DNA of 64,000 nt from a virus: IMG/VR virus record IMGVR_UViG_3300009702_000021, positions 19,008 to 83,007 of that record; one strand, written 5' to 3'. The notes beneath the pieces were generated by a model that did not search any database, was not told the DNA's origin, and was given only the letters and a program-made list of their open reading frames with translations. The position numbers were made by a program, and so were the translations under genes. Shown here in pieces: positions 28,136 to 37,695 of the stretch. Every line of letters begins with the position of its first letter. The stretch's first letter is position 1.

Positions 28136-28160
28136 GGCCCGGCCACACCTCGGATTAAGG

Positions 28161-28207
28161 ATAAAACTAGAATGGGACTAGACAGCGGCTAGGGGTGCCG
28201 GTAGTTT
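28161..28207 (+). promoter_or_regulatory. Sigma70-like promoter, copy 2 of the conserved element
   Basis: ATAAAACTAGAAT..GACTAGACAGCGGCTAGG; TAGACA-N17-TAGTTT. Confidence 0.65.
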
Positions 28208-28228
28208 GTAGGAAGAACGGAGACGCAG

Positions 28229-29179
28229 ATGAGCACGACACTCCCCAATACCGTCCGCATCCAGTCGACCAAGGGCGACGTCGATGCTCCGGTGACATCG
28301 CTCGGTAGCACGGACGTCCACCAGCACAAGGGCGGCAACTACGCCCATGACATCAGCGAGGCCAACAAGGACTGCTGGCATGGCTGGTATCGCGAGGCTG
28401 TCAAGCCTCACCTCCTGAGCTGGTCGTTCCCCCGGGAGGTCCAGGCCATCAAGGATCGGGCTGAGCAGGTCCTCGAGGAGGGGATCCCGAGTCAGAAGCG
28501 GACGATGCTCCGCAACCAGGTCTATGGACAGCTCGACCAGCGGTGGATCAGCCAGATCGCCATCGGCCAGGACATCGAGCGTCCCTTCCAGCGCTGGTCG
28601 AAGGCCAAGCGCGACACGATCAGCGTCGCCATCTGCCTCGACACCACGGTCGCCTCTGGGCTCAGTAACGAGATGCTCAAGGCCAGGATGTGCCTCGCGG
28701 CCGGCCTCGGCGGCGCGCTCGAATTCCTGGACTATGACGTGGCGATCATCGGCGCCCACCTTCAGGTCAGCATGGAGCGCGCTGGATTCATGACCCGACC
28801 GCGTCAGGCCCCGGATAAGGCGGAGGTCCAGGCGATCACCTGTAAGGACTGGAACGAGCCGTTCACTGACTCCGGCCTGGCCCACATGGCCGATACTGGC
28901 CTCCACCGCCTGTCCTGCGCATGGGGGCTCAAGTCGGACGGCTATACCACGCAGCTGACCGACCGTGAGTGGCGGGAGTTGACTGACGCAGACCTCCTGG
29001 TGGTCGTCGGTCCACACAAGGGTAGCCGGAACGTCCTCAACTATGAGGGGTTGCCTAAGGGCGCGACCCTGCTCCCGACCGGTGACGACACCATTTACCT
29101 GCCCTGCGACAAGATCACAGACCTCGACCCGGCGGTCGACGTCCTCGAGCAGTTCTTCAACGCCCATTTCGGGAAGTAG
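28229..29179 (+). CDS. VWA-like (CobT-type) partner of the MoxR ATPase
   Basis: G.LD.RWI..., VAICLDTTVAS degenerate MIDAS, ALEFLDYDVAI. Confidence 0.55.
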   Translation: MSTTLPNTVRIQSTKGDVDAPVTSLGSTDVHQHKGGNYAHDISEANKDCWHGWYREAVKPHLLSWSFPREVQAIKDRAEQVLEEGIPSQKRTMLRNQVYGQLDQRWISQIAIGQDIERPFQRWSKAKRDTISVAICLDTTVASGLSNEMLKARMCLAAGLGGALEFLDYDVAIIGAHLQVSMERAGFMTRPRQAPDKAEVQAITCKDWNEPFTDSGLAHMADTGLHRLSCAWGLKSDGYTTQLTDREWRELTDADLLVVVGPHKGSRNVLNYEGLPKGATLLPTGDDTIYLPCDKITDLDPAVDVLEQFFNAHFGK

Positions 29180-29183
29180 GACG

Positions 29184-29378
29184 ATGGCAAATACGAACAG
29201 TAAGAACGATGAGCTGAACGATGAGCTGACCCGGGGACGCCCACAGCAGATCGGCTTCCAGACCGCTGGCAAGATCGAGCAGCGGCTCATGGTCCCCATG
29301 ATAGACGAGATGGGGTCGTGGGTCTCGTGGGCCCTCCCGACTGAGCGCGAGCGCGCTGCGCATGAGGGCCGGCGATGA
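29184..29378 (+). CDS. Hypothetical protein
   Basis: Short ORF directly after the VWA-like gene. Confidence 0.4.
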   Translation: MANTNSKNDELNDELTRGRPQQIGFQTAGKIEQRLMVPMIDEMGSWVSWALPTERERAAHEGRR

Positions 29379-29510
29379 TCGTCCTCGCCTGCGGCGACGG
29401 AGGCCTGTTCTGTGGGCCTCTCCTGATCCTCGGGGGCGGAGCCCTCGCGGTCTGGTGCGCGACCAGCCATGAGCCCAGGACGAAGCCTGAGGGCGATCCC
29501 CGGGAGGAGC

Positions 29511-30152
29511 ATGGTGAAGCCCACTGAGCCCCGCCTGACCCTCGACGTCGTCCCGGCCACCTGCCACTACAGCAACCTCCGCACGGAGCTGCCCCGGCAG
29601 TCCTGGAACCGGCTCAGGGCGAAGGCTTACTTCCGTGCCCGTTACCGCTGCGAGGTCTGTGGAGGCCGTGGTCCGGAACACCCCGTTGAGGCCCACGAAC
29701 AGTGGGCCTACGAGATACCGGACGACCACAGCCAGATGCCTACACAGCGGCTCACTGGCATCATCGCGCTCTGCCCGGACTGCCACGAGGTCAAGCACTA
29801 CGGGCTCGCCCAGGTCCGCGGCCGGGAGGCCGAGGCCCTCGCTTACCTCTGCCGGGTCAACGGCTACACGGACATCCAGGCCGAGGAGGCGATCTATCTC
29901 GAGGCGATGGTCTACCGCGCCAGGTCGACCCTGCTCTGGCGGTTGGACGTCTCACTGATCCTTGAGATGGGGGAGAGCGAGCTGTATGTCCAGGAGGTCA
30001 TGGACCGGCGGGACGCCAAGAACGCAGTCGTCGCCGCTGAGCATGTCCAGGACCTCGACGCGTTCATCCAGATCGCCCGTGAGATCCTTGCGGTACCGCC
30101 AACCCCGGAACCTGAACCTGAGGATTCGACGGACGGATTTAAGTGGGTCTGA
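29511..30152 (+). CDS. HNH-family endonuclease-like protein
   Basis: CEVCG...AHE.W...LCPDCHEVKH. Confidence 0.75.
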   Translation: MVKPTEPRLTLDVVPATCHYSNLRTELPRQSWNRLRAKAYFRARYRCEVCGGRGPEHPVEAHEQWAYEIPDDHSQMPTQRLTGIIALCPDCHEVKHYGLAQVRGREAEALAYLCRVNGYTDIQAEEAIYLEAMVYRARSTLLWRLDVSLILEMGESELYVQEVMDRRDAKNAVVAAEHVQDLDAFIQIAREILAVPPTPEPEPEDSTDGFKWV

Positions 30153-30313
30153 CGCTCCCGACTCGTGCGTATCTAGAGGCGGCAGGGGAGCCCCAGCACG
30201 AGGCCGGAACCCAAGCTTGGAGACCAAGACCTAGGAGACAGATTCAGGTCCGTGGTGGGCCGGAGAATGAATGACAGAGGGATGTGCTGGCCGACCCCAG
30301 CGTGGAGACACCC

Positions 30314-33300
30314 ATGAGCAAGAGCAGGTTGACCCCGGTCCTGAAGGGCCTCAACCCCATAGAGAAGTCGAGAGTTGAGACCTGGGTGCCCACGGACCGG
30401 GAGGGCCTGGTCGTTCGGGTCAGGGATCCCGGACCCGGTGAGGGGATCCCGGTCACCCTGATCGAGGACCTGACTGAGGTAGAGGTCCACGACGAGACAT
30501 CCGGTGCGTGGATCCGGGGCCGCGCCGCAGCACAGACTACCCCTGGCTGGCCCGTCACGCTGATCAAGGCCGTCGAGAGGATCCGCGCCGAGGCCGAGCG
30601 AGCCATGGTCTGCCCGGAGTGCGACAGCTACCTGATCCTCCGGGACCGGGACCTAGAGTGCGCGGAGTGCGGACTGTGCATGAACCCCGACTGCCCGAAC
30701 TGCGGAGGCCGGACGGCCTTGCGGTACCGCAAGCTCAAGGGCCAGCCAGCCGACATCCCTCCGGCATTCTGGGCGTGCCGGGATGATGCCTGCGCCTCTG
30801 CGCTCCTGTGGGGCCAGCGAGACCCTCAACCACAGCAGGTCCCGGATAAGCCGTGGACGGAGCACGGGGAGAGGGAGGAGCAGATCGCGGAGGCGCGTGA
30901 GGTCCTAGATCACCCGCTGGTCTCGGAAGCCAATGCGGTCAAGAAGCTGCGAGTGATCCTCGACGAGAACCCCGACCGGGTCCTGCCACTGGTCCTCGGG
31001 GAGACCACGCCCTCAGGCAAGAAGACGGTCCAAGCCAGGCTCGAGGAAAAGCTGGCTGAGGAGCGCCGGCAGGGCAAGCCACGACGCCGGGTCAAGAGGC
31101 GTGCCCAGAAGGCACGCCGGGTCCAGCCCGGGGAGAAGCGTGAGGGTATCAAGTACTACGGCCCCGAGGACTCATTGCCTGGTCCGTCCGGGACGTCCCT
31201 GGTCGAGGTCCCTGAGGACGATGAGACCTCCGTGGCGTCGTCTGTCTACCCACACCACCGGCTAGCTCATGCAGCGCTGAACCCGATCCAGTCGCGCGTC
31301 CTCGATGTCTATGACCGGAACTGCAACGTGGTGATCGCCGCCAGCACCAGTGCTGGTAAGACCCTCAGCGCTGAGATGGTCATGGGTGACGCCCTCGACC
31401 GCGGCGCCAAAGCGATCTTCCTCGCGCCGCTCCGGGCCGTCAGCCAGGAGAAGTACGACGACTGGTGCGATGAGGACCACCCGTGGTCAGAACTAGGGGT
31501 CGAAATCTGCACGGGTGACTACACGATGAGCCAGGCGAAGCGGAAGGCCCTGCGCCGCGCCGACGTGATCGTGATGACATCTGAGATGCTCGACTCCAAG
31601 ACGCGTCGGATGGGGAGCGACGAGAACGGCTGGCTGATGGAGACACTCTGCGTGGTCGGCTCCTCCGGGATTGCACTTGCGGACGGGACTACGAAGACAA
31701 TCAAGGAGATCGTGGAGGAGCGTCTCGAGATTGAGGTCTTAGCTTTCAATCACTCGATTGGGAAAGTCGTCAAGCGCAGGGTGACGGGATGGCACAAGAA
31801 CCGGTTAGGAGACAGGAATCTCGTTGAGATCACTTGCGGTACCGCAAGTCTGACCTGCACCGAAGATCATGAGATATACCAGCGAGGCGTGGGGTATACT
31901 GCTGCCAGGAAGCTCACATCTTCGAGCACGCTGGAGGTGCTGGATGCCGGTCAAGAAGGGACACAGATTCGGCGCGAAGCGCACGGTCGAGCTGACGGAC
32001 ATAGAGCGATCGGTTGTCATAGGGACACTGCTCGGAGACAGCTCACTATCGTGGGGAACAGGGAACCGGGTAAGTGCCAGAATGCGTGTGAGGAACAGCC
32101 TCGCACAGCGGGAGTTCGTGTTGTGGAAGTACGAGATGCTTCGGCGTCTTGTGCGGACTCCTCCGAAGGAGGCGCCGAATCGTGGATACAAGCGCGACGG
32201 AATGGCATTCGGATTTTCCACGAGGTCCTTCGGAGAGGACCTACTCAAGATCAAACAATTGATCGAACCCGGGAAGACGGTGACGCGCGATCTGCTGGAC
32301 TTGTTGACGGAGCCAGAGGGACTGGCCGCGTGGTACATGGACGACGGATCGAGGTCGAGGGGGGCGAGTCTCGTACTACATACACAGTCAATGACTGCCG
32401 ACGAGGTGCGGTTGACGTCGCGTTGGCTCAGGGAGGAGTGGAATATCGAGACCAGGCCGATGTCGGTCAAGAACAGAGCCTACGAGGTGCTACGTATTCC
32501 GGCGGAATCAGGCGAGCGGTTTATGGATATCGTGAGACCATTCGTGACCGGGATAACATGCATGGAGCACAAGGTATTGCACAGGAGAGAGTCGCTGTTC
32601 TGCACGATGTGCGGCACAGGGTTCGAGGCAACGAGGCGTCAGATCCAGCGCGAGACGAGACTTGTCACCTGCCGGTCCGAGGACTGCATGAGGGCCCTAG
32701 CCCGTATGATTCAGAGACTGAACGACGCGAGGATCGGTTCGTCTACGACCTAACCGTCGAGGGTGAGCACAACTACTTCGCCGAGGGAGTCCTGGTCCAC
32801 AACTGCGTGGTCGTTGACGAGGCTCACCTGCTAACGATGAAGGACCGCGGCGACGCCTTGGAGTGCGGACTCGAGCGATTCACTCGGTTCAACCCCCACG
32901 CTAGGATCGTCCTCCTCAGCGCGACCATGCCGAACGTCCATGAGCTAGGGTCCTGGCTGACCCGCCTGAACGGGAAGCCGACCCGCCTTGTCCAGAGCGC
33001 GTGGCGTCCCACCAAGCTGACCGTTCACCCCGTGCCGTACGACCACCAGACGTCGGGTTACAGCTACCACAAGAACGAGGACTCCAAGCGGGCTAAGGCG
33101 ATCGAGCTGCTCCAGAAGTACAGCGAGGACAAGTGGATCGTCTTCGTCCACACGAAGAAGATGGGCCACGCCCTGCTGGCCCAGCTACGGGACCGGCACG
33201 AGCCAGCCGAATTCCATAGCGCTGACCTCACCCGAGACAACAGGCTCCGGCTCGAGGACCGGTTCAGGCACGGAGACCTCAGGGTCGTCGTAGCCACTTC

Positions 33301-34384
33301 GACCCTGGCCTACGGCATCAACATGCCGGCGCGACGGGTCATGGTCGTCGGAATCCACCGCGGCCTGGAGAAGGTCGCACCGCTAGACGTACTCCAGATG
33401 TTCGGGCGGGCCGGGCGAGTGGGCCTCGACCCTGAAGGCGATGCCTACCTACTGGTCCCGGAGACCCGTGATCCACGCGAGTTCGACCGGACCGTCGAGG
33501 CCTACTCGAAGCCAGGTCTGATCGAGAGCCAGCTGAACGAACTGCACACGCTGGCCTTCCACTTGACGGCGGAGGTAGCCGAGGGGTCAGTGAGGACGAC
33601 CGCGGATGCAGTTGCCTGGCACGCCCGTTCGCTCGCGGCACAGCAGGGCCGGGGTCTTGACCAGGAAGGGAAGGTGCTCAGCGCCTCCCGGGTAATGCAT
33701 GACCTCTGCCAGTGCGGCGTCCTCAAGGAGGAGGACGGGAGCTATGAGGCGACACAGCTCGGTCACGTCGCGAGCCGACTCTACTACAGTCCGTTCGACG
33801 TAGCTGACTGGGCGTCCAACTTCCGCTGGGCCGCGGAGCGGGATAAGCACCACAACGATGACGTGGTCGCGTGGGCGCTCGGGAACGTCCGGTCGGCCTA
33901 TTCCAAGAGCTACTTGCCGAAGGAACACGCTGGTGACATGGGAGACCTCGAGTGGCGCCTAGGACAGGTCGGAGTGGACCGGGCCTCCAACCTCCCGCCC
34001 GCTTGCCTGGCTTTCCGTGGGATGATCGAGGGGACCAAGTACAGGGCGATGTCGTCCTATCAGCGCCAGCTAGAGTACGACGCCGACAGGATCATGCAGG
34101 CGATCACCATGATCGACGCTCGGGTGCTCAAGTCGCTCGGGAAGACCTACTGTGACGGCCTGGGTATGCGACTTCGCTACGGGTGCTCCTGGGAGGAGGC
34201 CGACCTGTGTCACATCCCCGGGGTAGGCTCCCGCCGCGCACGGCAACTGGCTGCCGCGGGAGTCAGTGGGGTAATGGACGTCCTGGAGAATCGCAAGAAG
34301 GTGGTCGACGCACTCGGGAGCAAGATCGCGCAGAGCGTGATCCGCGGGGCTAAGGAGGTTGCCAGGAAGCGTGGAGCGCGTTGA
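30314..34384 (+). CDS. Ski2/Hel308-like DEAD/H helicase with N-terminal Zn ribbons and an intein
   Basis: STSAGKT, APLRA, DEAH, LSAT, ATSTLAYGINMPA, QMFGRAGR, C-terminal HhH (IPGVG). Confidence 0.9.
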   Translation: MSKSRLTPVLKGLNPIEKSRVETWVPTDREGLVVRVRDPGPGEGIPVTLIEDLTEVEVHDETSGAWIRGRAAAQTTPGWPVTLIKAVERIRAEAERAMVCPECDSYLILRDRDLECAECGLCMNPDCPNCGGRTALRYRKLKGQPADIPPAFWACRDDACASALLWGQRDPQPQQVPDKPWTEHGEREEQIAEAREVLDHPLVSEANAVKKLRVILDENPDRVLPLVLGETTPSGKKTVQARLEEKLAEERRQGKPRRRVKRRAQKARRVQPGEKREGIKYYGPEDSLPGPSGTSLVEVPEDDETSVASSVYPHHRLAHAALNPIQSRVLDVYDRNCNVVIAASTSAGKTLSAEMVMGDALDRGAKAIFLAPLRAVSQEKYDDWCDEDHPWSELGVEICTGDYTMSQAKRKALRRADVIVMTSEMLDSKTRRMGSDENGWLMETLCVVGSSGIALADGTTKTIKEIVEERLEIEVLAFNHSIGKVVKRRVTGWHKNRLGDRNLVEITCGTASLTCTEDHEIYQRGVGYTAARKLTSSSTLEVLDAGQEGTQIRREAHGRADGHRAIGCHRDTARRQLTIVGNREPGKCQNACEEQPRTAGVRVVEVRDASASCADSSEGGAESWIQARRNGIRIFHEVLRRGPTQDQTIDRTREDGDARSAGLVDGARGTGRVVHGRRIEVEGGESRTTYTVNDCRRGAVDVALAQGGVEYRDQADVGQEQSLRGATYSGGIRRAVYGYRETIRDRDNMHGAQGIAQERVAVLHDVRHRVRGNEASDPARDETCHLPVRGLHEGPSPYDSETERREDRFVYDLTVEGEHNYFAEGVLVHNCVVVDEAHLLTMKDRGDALECGLERFTRFNPHARIVLLSATMPNVHELGSWLTRLNGKPTRLVQSAWRPTKLTVHPVPYDHQTSGYSYHKNEDSKRAKAIELLQKYSEDKWIVFVHTKKMGHALLAQLRDRHEPAEFHSADLTRDNRLRLEDRFRHGDLRVVVATSTLAYGINMPARRVMVVGIHRGLEKVAPLDVLQMFGRAGRVGLDPEGDAYLLVPETRDPREFDRTVEAYSKPGLIESQLNELHTLAFHLTAEVAEGSVRTTADAVAWHARSLAAQQGRGLDQEGKVLSASRVMHDLCQCGVLKEEDGSYEATQLGHVASRLYYSPFDVADWASNFRWAAERDKHHNDDVVAWALGNVRSAYSKSYLPKEHAGDMGDLEWRLGQVGVDRASNLPPACLAFRGMIEGTKYRAMSSYQRQLEYDADRIMQAITMIDARVLKSLGKTYCDGLGMRLRYGCSWEEADLCHIPGVGSRRARQLAAAGVSGVMDVLENRKKVVDALGSKIAQSVIRGAKEVARKRGAR
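31649..32803 (+). mobile_element. Intein in the Ski2-like helicase (Cys1...His-Asn, +1 Cys) with a nested out-of-frame endonuclease gene
   Basis: CVVGSSGI.LADG, CTEDH, VYDLTVEGEHNYFAEGVLVHN; inserted just before Walker B. Confidence 0.9.
31944..32753 (+). CDS. Nested +1-frame LAGLIDADG homing endonuclease
   Basis: GGAGG RBS at 31933; VIGTLLGDSS and LAAWYMDDGS motifs; C-terminal CxxC..CxxxxC. Confidence 0.85.
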   Translation: MPVKKGHRFGAKRTVELTDIERSVVIGTLLGDSSLSWGTGNRVSARMRVRNSLAQREFVLWKYEMLRRLVRTPPKEAPNRGYKRDGMAFGFSTRSFGEDLLKIKQLIEPGKTVTRDLLDLLTEPEGLAAWYMDDGSRSRGASLVLHTQSMTADEVRLTSRWLREEWNIETRPMSVKNRAYEVLRIPAESGERFMDIVRPFVTGITCMEHKVLHRRESLFCTMCGTGFEATRRQIQRETRLVTCRSEDCMRALARMIQRLNDARIGSSTT

Positions 34385-34395
34385 GGATTTTAGGG

Positions 34396-34424
34396 TAGAC
34401 AGCCGGCTATATACCGGCTATACT
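34396..34424 (+). promoter_or_regulatory. Sigma70-like promoter
   Basis: TAGACA-N17-TATACT; shares the TAGACAGC start with the promoters at 25051 and 28179. Confidence 0.6.
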
Positions 34425-34452
34425 CTGACTAGATTAGAGTTAGAGGTGAGCT

Positions 34453-34710
34453 ATGGCAAAGAAGCGAATCAAGCGACCGAACAACCCCGCTGGGGATGCG
34501 GTACCGCAAACTCCGACCATCATAGTCAATGACCCTACGTCCTCGGTTGACTTTAGCCGTGACGCTAAGGGGCAGCCCCGTTGGACCATCAAGGTCTATG
34601 GGGATGCTGACCAGATGGACGAGGTCCTCGATGAGGTCCTCCGGCTCGACCGGGAGCTACTCCGCCGCACCACCATCGGGGAACAGAGAGAGGACCCCGA
34701 CGATGAGTAA
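34453..34710 (+). CDS. Hypothetical protein
   Basis: GAGGTG RBS; first gene after the promoter. Confidence 0.55.
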   Translation: MAKKRIKRPNNPAGDAVPQTPTIIVNDPTSSVDFSRDAKGQPRWTIKVYGDADQMDEVLDEVLRLDRELLRRTTIGEQREDPDDE

Positions 34711-35155
34711 GAACAGGATCAGACGGCGCAAGAAGGCTCGGAGAAAGCGCCCACAGGATCGCTCGAGTGGTAGTCCCGAGGGGTTGACCATGGATGAGAT
34801 GCTGAACCGGATCAACGAGGCCAAGGACCCGACGTGGATGACGACTGATGAGGTCAGGCACGTCTTCAACGACTGCCACGTCGTCACGGTCTACAAGATG
34901 AACGCCCGGAAGGAGTTGACTCCCTACAGGAGGAGGTCAACGGGACCGTCCAATTACTACAGGCGCGATCAGGTCGAGAGCGCCGTTAGGCGCCGGTTCC
35001 AGCTGGTCCAGGCAAGCAGCGACAGCACAGGGAGTGATGATGGGGCAGTCTACGAGACGGGCGTCCTTCGGGGAGCCAGGGGTCGTCCTCGCAAGAGCCA
35101 GAACGACGACACGAAGCCGCGCCGGAAGGCCAAGCGACGGAACAAGCCCAGGTGA
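34703..35155 (+). CDS. MerR/excisionase-like HTH DNA-binding protein
   Basis: WMTTDEV...TVYKM...YYRRDQV; AT-hook-like RGRPRK. Confidence 0.55.
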   Translation: MSKNRIRRRKKARRKRPQDRSSGSPEGLTMDEMLNRINEAKDPTWMTTDEVRHVFNDCHVVTVYKMNARKELTPYRRRSTGPSNYYRRDQVESAVRRRFQLVQASSDSTGSDDGAVYETGVLRGARGRPRKSQNDDTKPRRKAKRRNKPR

Positions 35156-35735
35156 CCTGCTCACGGTCGAGACTACGGTTAGGAATCTGGCCTATCAGAT
35201 GCGCCGAAACATCCCACTGCTCCGTGACCTCGACAACGAGGACCTGGTCCAGGAGTGCTACGTGAAGGCCCTCACGAGCCTAGACCACTATGACCCTAGG
35301 CTCTCATCGCTCAAGACGTGGACCGTAGGGATCGCTAGGAATCACCTGGTGAGCGTGGCCCGCAGGATTGGATCACGGCCCCAGGTAAACCGGGAGGACA
35401 TTGAGATAGTCTCCGGCGTGCCTGGCTCAGCGGATCCGTCCTATGAGCCAGATATTGGTCGCAGGGTCGTGCTACGTTCCCAGACCAAGGAGATGCTCGG
35501 GTGGCTCTCGCAGTGTCCCGACGGGATCGACCAGGGGTGGGCGGTCCTGAACCTCCTACTCAAGACGAACGCTAACTGGAGCTACACCGCCAACGCCCTC
35601 TGCATCCACACCGGGCAGGCATGGACCACTGAACGCGTGCGCAATGTGGTGCGCGCGATCAAGAAGACTCCTCGCGGACAAGCGCTGTGCGACTCCCTGG
35701 GAATCCGTATCGACAACGACAACGAAGGAGACTGA
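35034..35735 (+). CDS. RNA polymerase sigma factor (ECF-like); start uncertain
   Basis: Region-2 motif EDLVQE.YVKA...YDP...LKTW..GIARN. Confidence 0.7.
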   Translation: MMMGQSTRRASFGEPGVVLARARTTTRSRAGRPSDGTSPGDLLTVETTVRNLAYQMRRNIPLLRDLDNEDLVQECYVKALTSLDHYDPRLSSLKTWTVGIARNHLVSVARRIGSRPQVNREDIEIVSGVPGSADPSYEPDIGRRVVLRSQTKEMLGWLSQCPDGIDQGWAVLNLLLKTNANWSYTANALCIHTGQAWTTERVRNVVRAIKKTPRGQALCDSLGIRIDNDNEGD

Positions 35736-35736
35736 A

Positions 35737-37110
35737 ATGGCTCGGGTTGCTACCAAGAAGACCAACAAGAAGGCTGACCCTCTCGATGACCTCGAGCGCG
35801 AGATCGCGGAAGACCTCGAGAGCGAGTTCGACCCGGAGGACCTCGATGGGGACGAAGCGCCGGCCAACGAGGCCAGTAAGCCGGCGAAGGCCCTGTTGGG
35901 GCAGATCGTCAGCTTCACCAACGATGAGGGGGCGACGATCACCGGTAAGGTGATCGAGGCCGGCCTCACCGACGAGGACACCAACGAGTTTGACCCGGAC
36001 GGCGTGACCGTCGAGGACGAGGAGGCGTTCTGGGACACGACGCACGACCAGTGTACTGTTCACGGCGGCAAGAAGGACTCCGGTAAGAAGGCACCGGCAA
36101 AGACTTCCGGCCGTAAGCCTAAGGCCGCCAAGTCGTCGGCCAAGACGGAGGACAAGGACGGGACTGGGGCGCGTGAGCGCCGCATGATCGAGGTCGGCAA
36201 GGTCAAGGTGTCGCGCGACAAGCCACGCGACGTCGACAAGGAGTCGCCGCGCTACAAGCGGATCCTGGCGGACATCAAGAAGCGCGGTCAGCGCCATCCG
36301 ATCGACGTCGAGTCGTTCAGCAAGCCCACGCTGATCGACGGGCTCCGTCGGCTCTCCATCGCTGAGGACCTGGGCTGGACCCACATCGAGTGCCAGGAGG
36401 ACGAGAAGGTCGAGGACGCGGACGACCGGCTGTTCCACGGCCTGATGGACAACGAGGCCAGGGAGGAGATGAGCTGGGTCGACATCGGCCGCACGACGGC
36501 CAAGCTCGTCAACGGGGGTAAGTACTCCCAGCGGAAGATCGCCCGGAGCCTCGGGCTCAGCGAGTCGCAACTGTCCAAGATGGTCAGCGCCGTCTCCAAG
36601 AAGGGGCTGCCGAAGAAGCTGCTTTCCATCGCGGAGAACGGGTCGGTTGACCCCGGTGACGAGAAGCACTCCAACTACTCGATGTCGGTCTTCCTGGAGT
36701 TGCCGACGGCGTCGAAGAAGGTCCAGGACCAGGTCTACGAGCTGATGTCTGATGGCAAGCCCTGTTCGCTCCAGGACCTCCGCAACCTCAAGAAGGCCGA
36801 CAAGAAGGAGCGCCAGGCGGCTGGCGAGGACGTCGGTGAGGATCGCCCGAGCAGCAGCAGCGGTGCGTCCTCCTCGACCTACCAGGCGGTCAAGGTGGGC
36901 GACTGGATCGAGTTCAAGGTCGTCCAGGACGAGGTCGTGGTCAAGGTCACCCTCGACTGGCCGAAGAAGACGTTCCGGGGCTTCGACCCGGTCCAGGAGA
37001 TCAAGGAGGCCCTCGAGGTCGCCTACGGGGACGAGAACAAGGCCGACAGCATCGACTCCGACAAGGCGCTCGGGACGGCCCTCTCGCGGGCCAAGAAGGA
37101 GCTGGCCTAG
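35737..37110 (+). CDS. parB: ParB-family protein (ParB/Srx N-domain plus HTH) with a long acidic N-terminal extension
   Basis: IKKRGQRHPI.V...LIDGLRR (GxxR-type box), DNEARE, HTH SQRKIARSLGLSESQLSK; AAGGAG RBS. Confidence 0.75.
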   Translation: MARVATKKTNKKADPLDDLEREIAEDLESEFDPEDLDGDEAPANEASKPAKALLGQIVSFTNDEGATITGKVIEAGLTDEDTNEFDPDGVTVEDEEAFWDTTHDQCTVHGGKKDSGKKAPAKTSGRKPKAAKSSAKTEDKDGTGARERRMIEVGKVKVSRDKPRDVDKESPRYKRILADIKKRGQRHPIDVESFSKPTLIDGLRRLSIAEDLGWTHIECQEDEKVEDADDRLFHGLMDNEAREEMSWVDIGRTTAKLVNGGKYSQRKIARSLGLSESQLSKMVSAVSKKGLPKKLLSIAENGSVDPGDEKHSNYSMSVFLELPTASKKVQDQVYELMSDGKPCSLQDLRNLKKADKKERQAAGEDVGEDRPSSSSGASSSTYQAVKVGDWIEFKVVQDEVVVKVTLDWPKKTFRGFDPVQEIKEALEVAYGDENKADSIDSDKALGTALSRAKKELA

Positions 37111-37130
37111 CAGGGTCCAGGGGCCGAGAC

Positions 37131-37661
37131 GTGGCGGCGAAGCGCGCACGTAGGGTGGAGAGGAAGCCGGACGACGTCCGGCGGTCCACTCCGGTCGACC
37201 CGGACAGGGTCGCTGGCCTGCACCGCAGGCTCGCGGTCCTCCGGGTCCGGCACGAGGATCCAGATGAGATGGACGCCTCGTCCCTCCGCACGCAGTTCGT
37301 AGCGATCCGCCGGTCGCGAAACGTGATCCAGCGGATAGTCTCACGCCTCAGCCCACGGCTCGGACAGCTACGTGCCGACGCCTCTCGGATCGAGGCCGTC
37401 ATAGCGGCGGAAGCAGCAGAGTTGTCCCTGCCCACCAACGCTGCGCTCGACGGGTGCCGGAACGAGTCCCAGAGGAAGGCCCTGCTGCGGTCTTACCTCC
37501 AGGAGTGGTACGAGGCGAGGGAGGACGTGCGTGCGGACCTCCTGCTCATCGAGGAAGTGATGACGCACGCGAAATGGGTCCGCGAGGAGATGAAGTACGC
37601 GTTCGAGGAAACGAGTCGGAGCCTCGCGGCTATCGAGATGGACTACAAATACGAGCGGTGA
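37131..37661 (+). CDS. Coiled-coil protein, possibly a UvsY-like recombination mediator
   Basis: Helical ORF between parB and the SSB-like gene. Confidence 0.4.
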   Translation: MAAKRARRVERKPDDVRRSTPVDPDRVAGLHRRLAVLRVRHEDPDEMDASSLRTQFVAIRRSRNVIQRIVSRLSPRLGQLRADASRIEAVIAAEAAELSLPTNAALDGCRNESQRKALLRSYLQEWYEAREDVRADLLLIEEVMTHAKWVREEMKYAFEETSRSLAAIEMDYKYER

Positions 37662-37695
37662 CCTTGCGGTACCGCTAACAGCAAAGGAGCCAGAG

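Noticed and set aside
35659-37344. Long minus-strand ORFs (also 28178-29560, 25170-26102, 37675-38616)
   Set aside because: Antisense shadows of GC3-rich plus-strand genes, with no recognisable motifs
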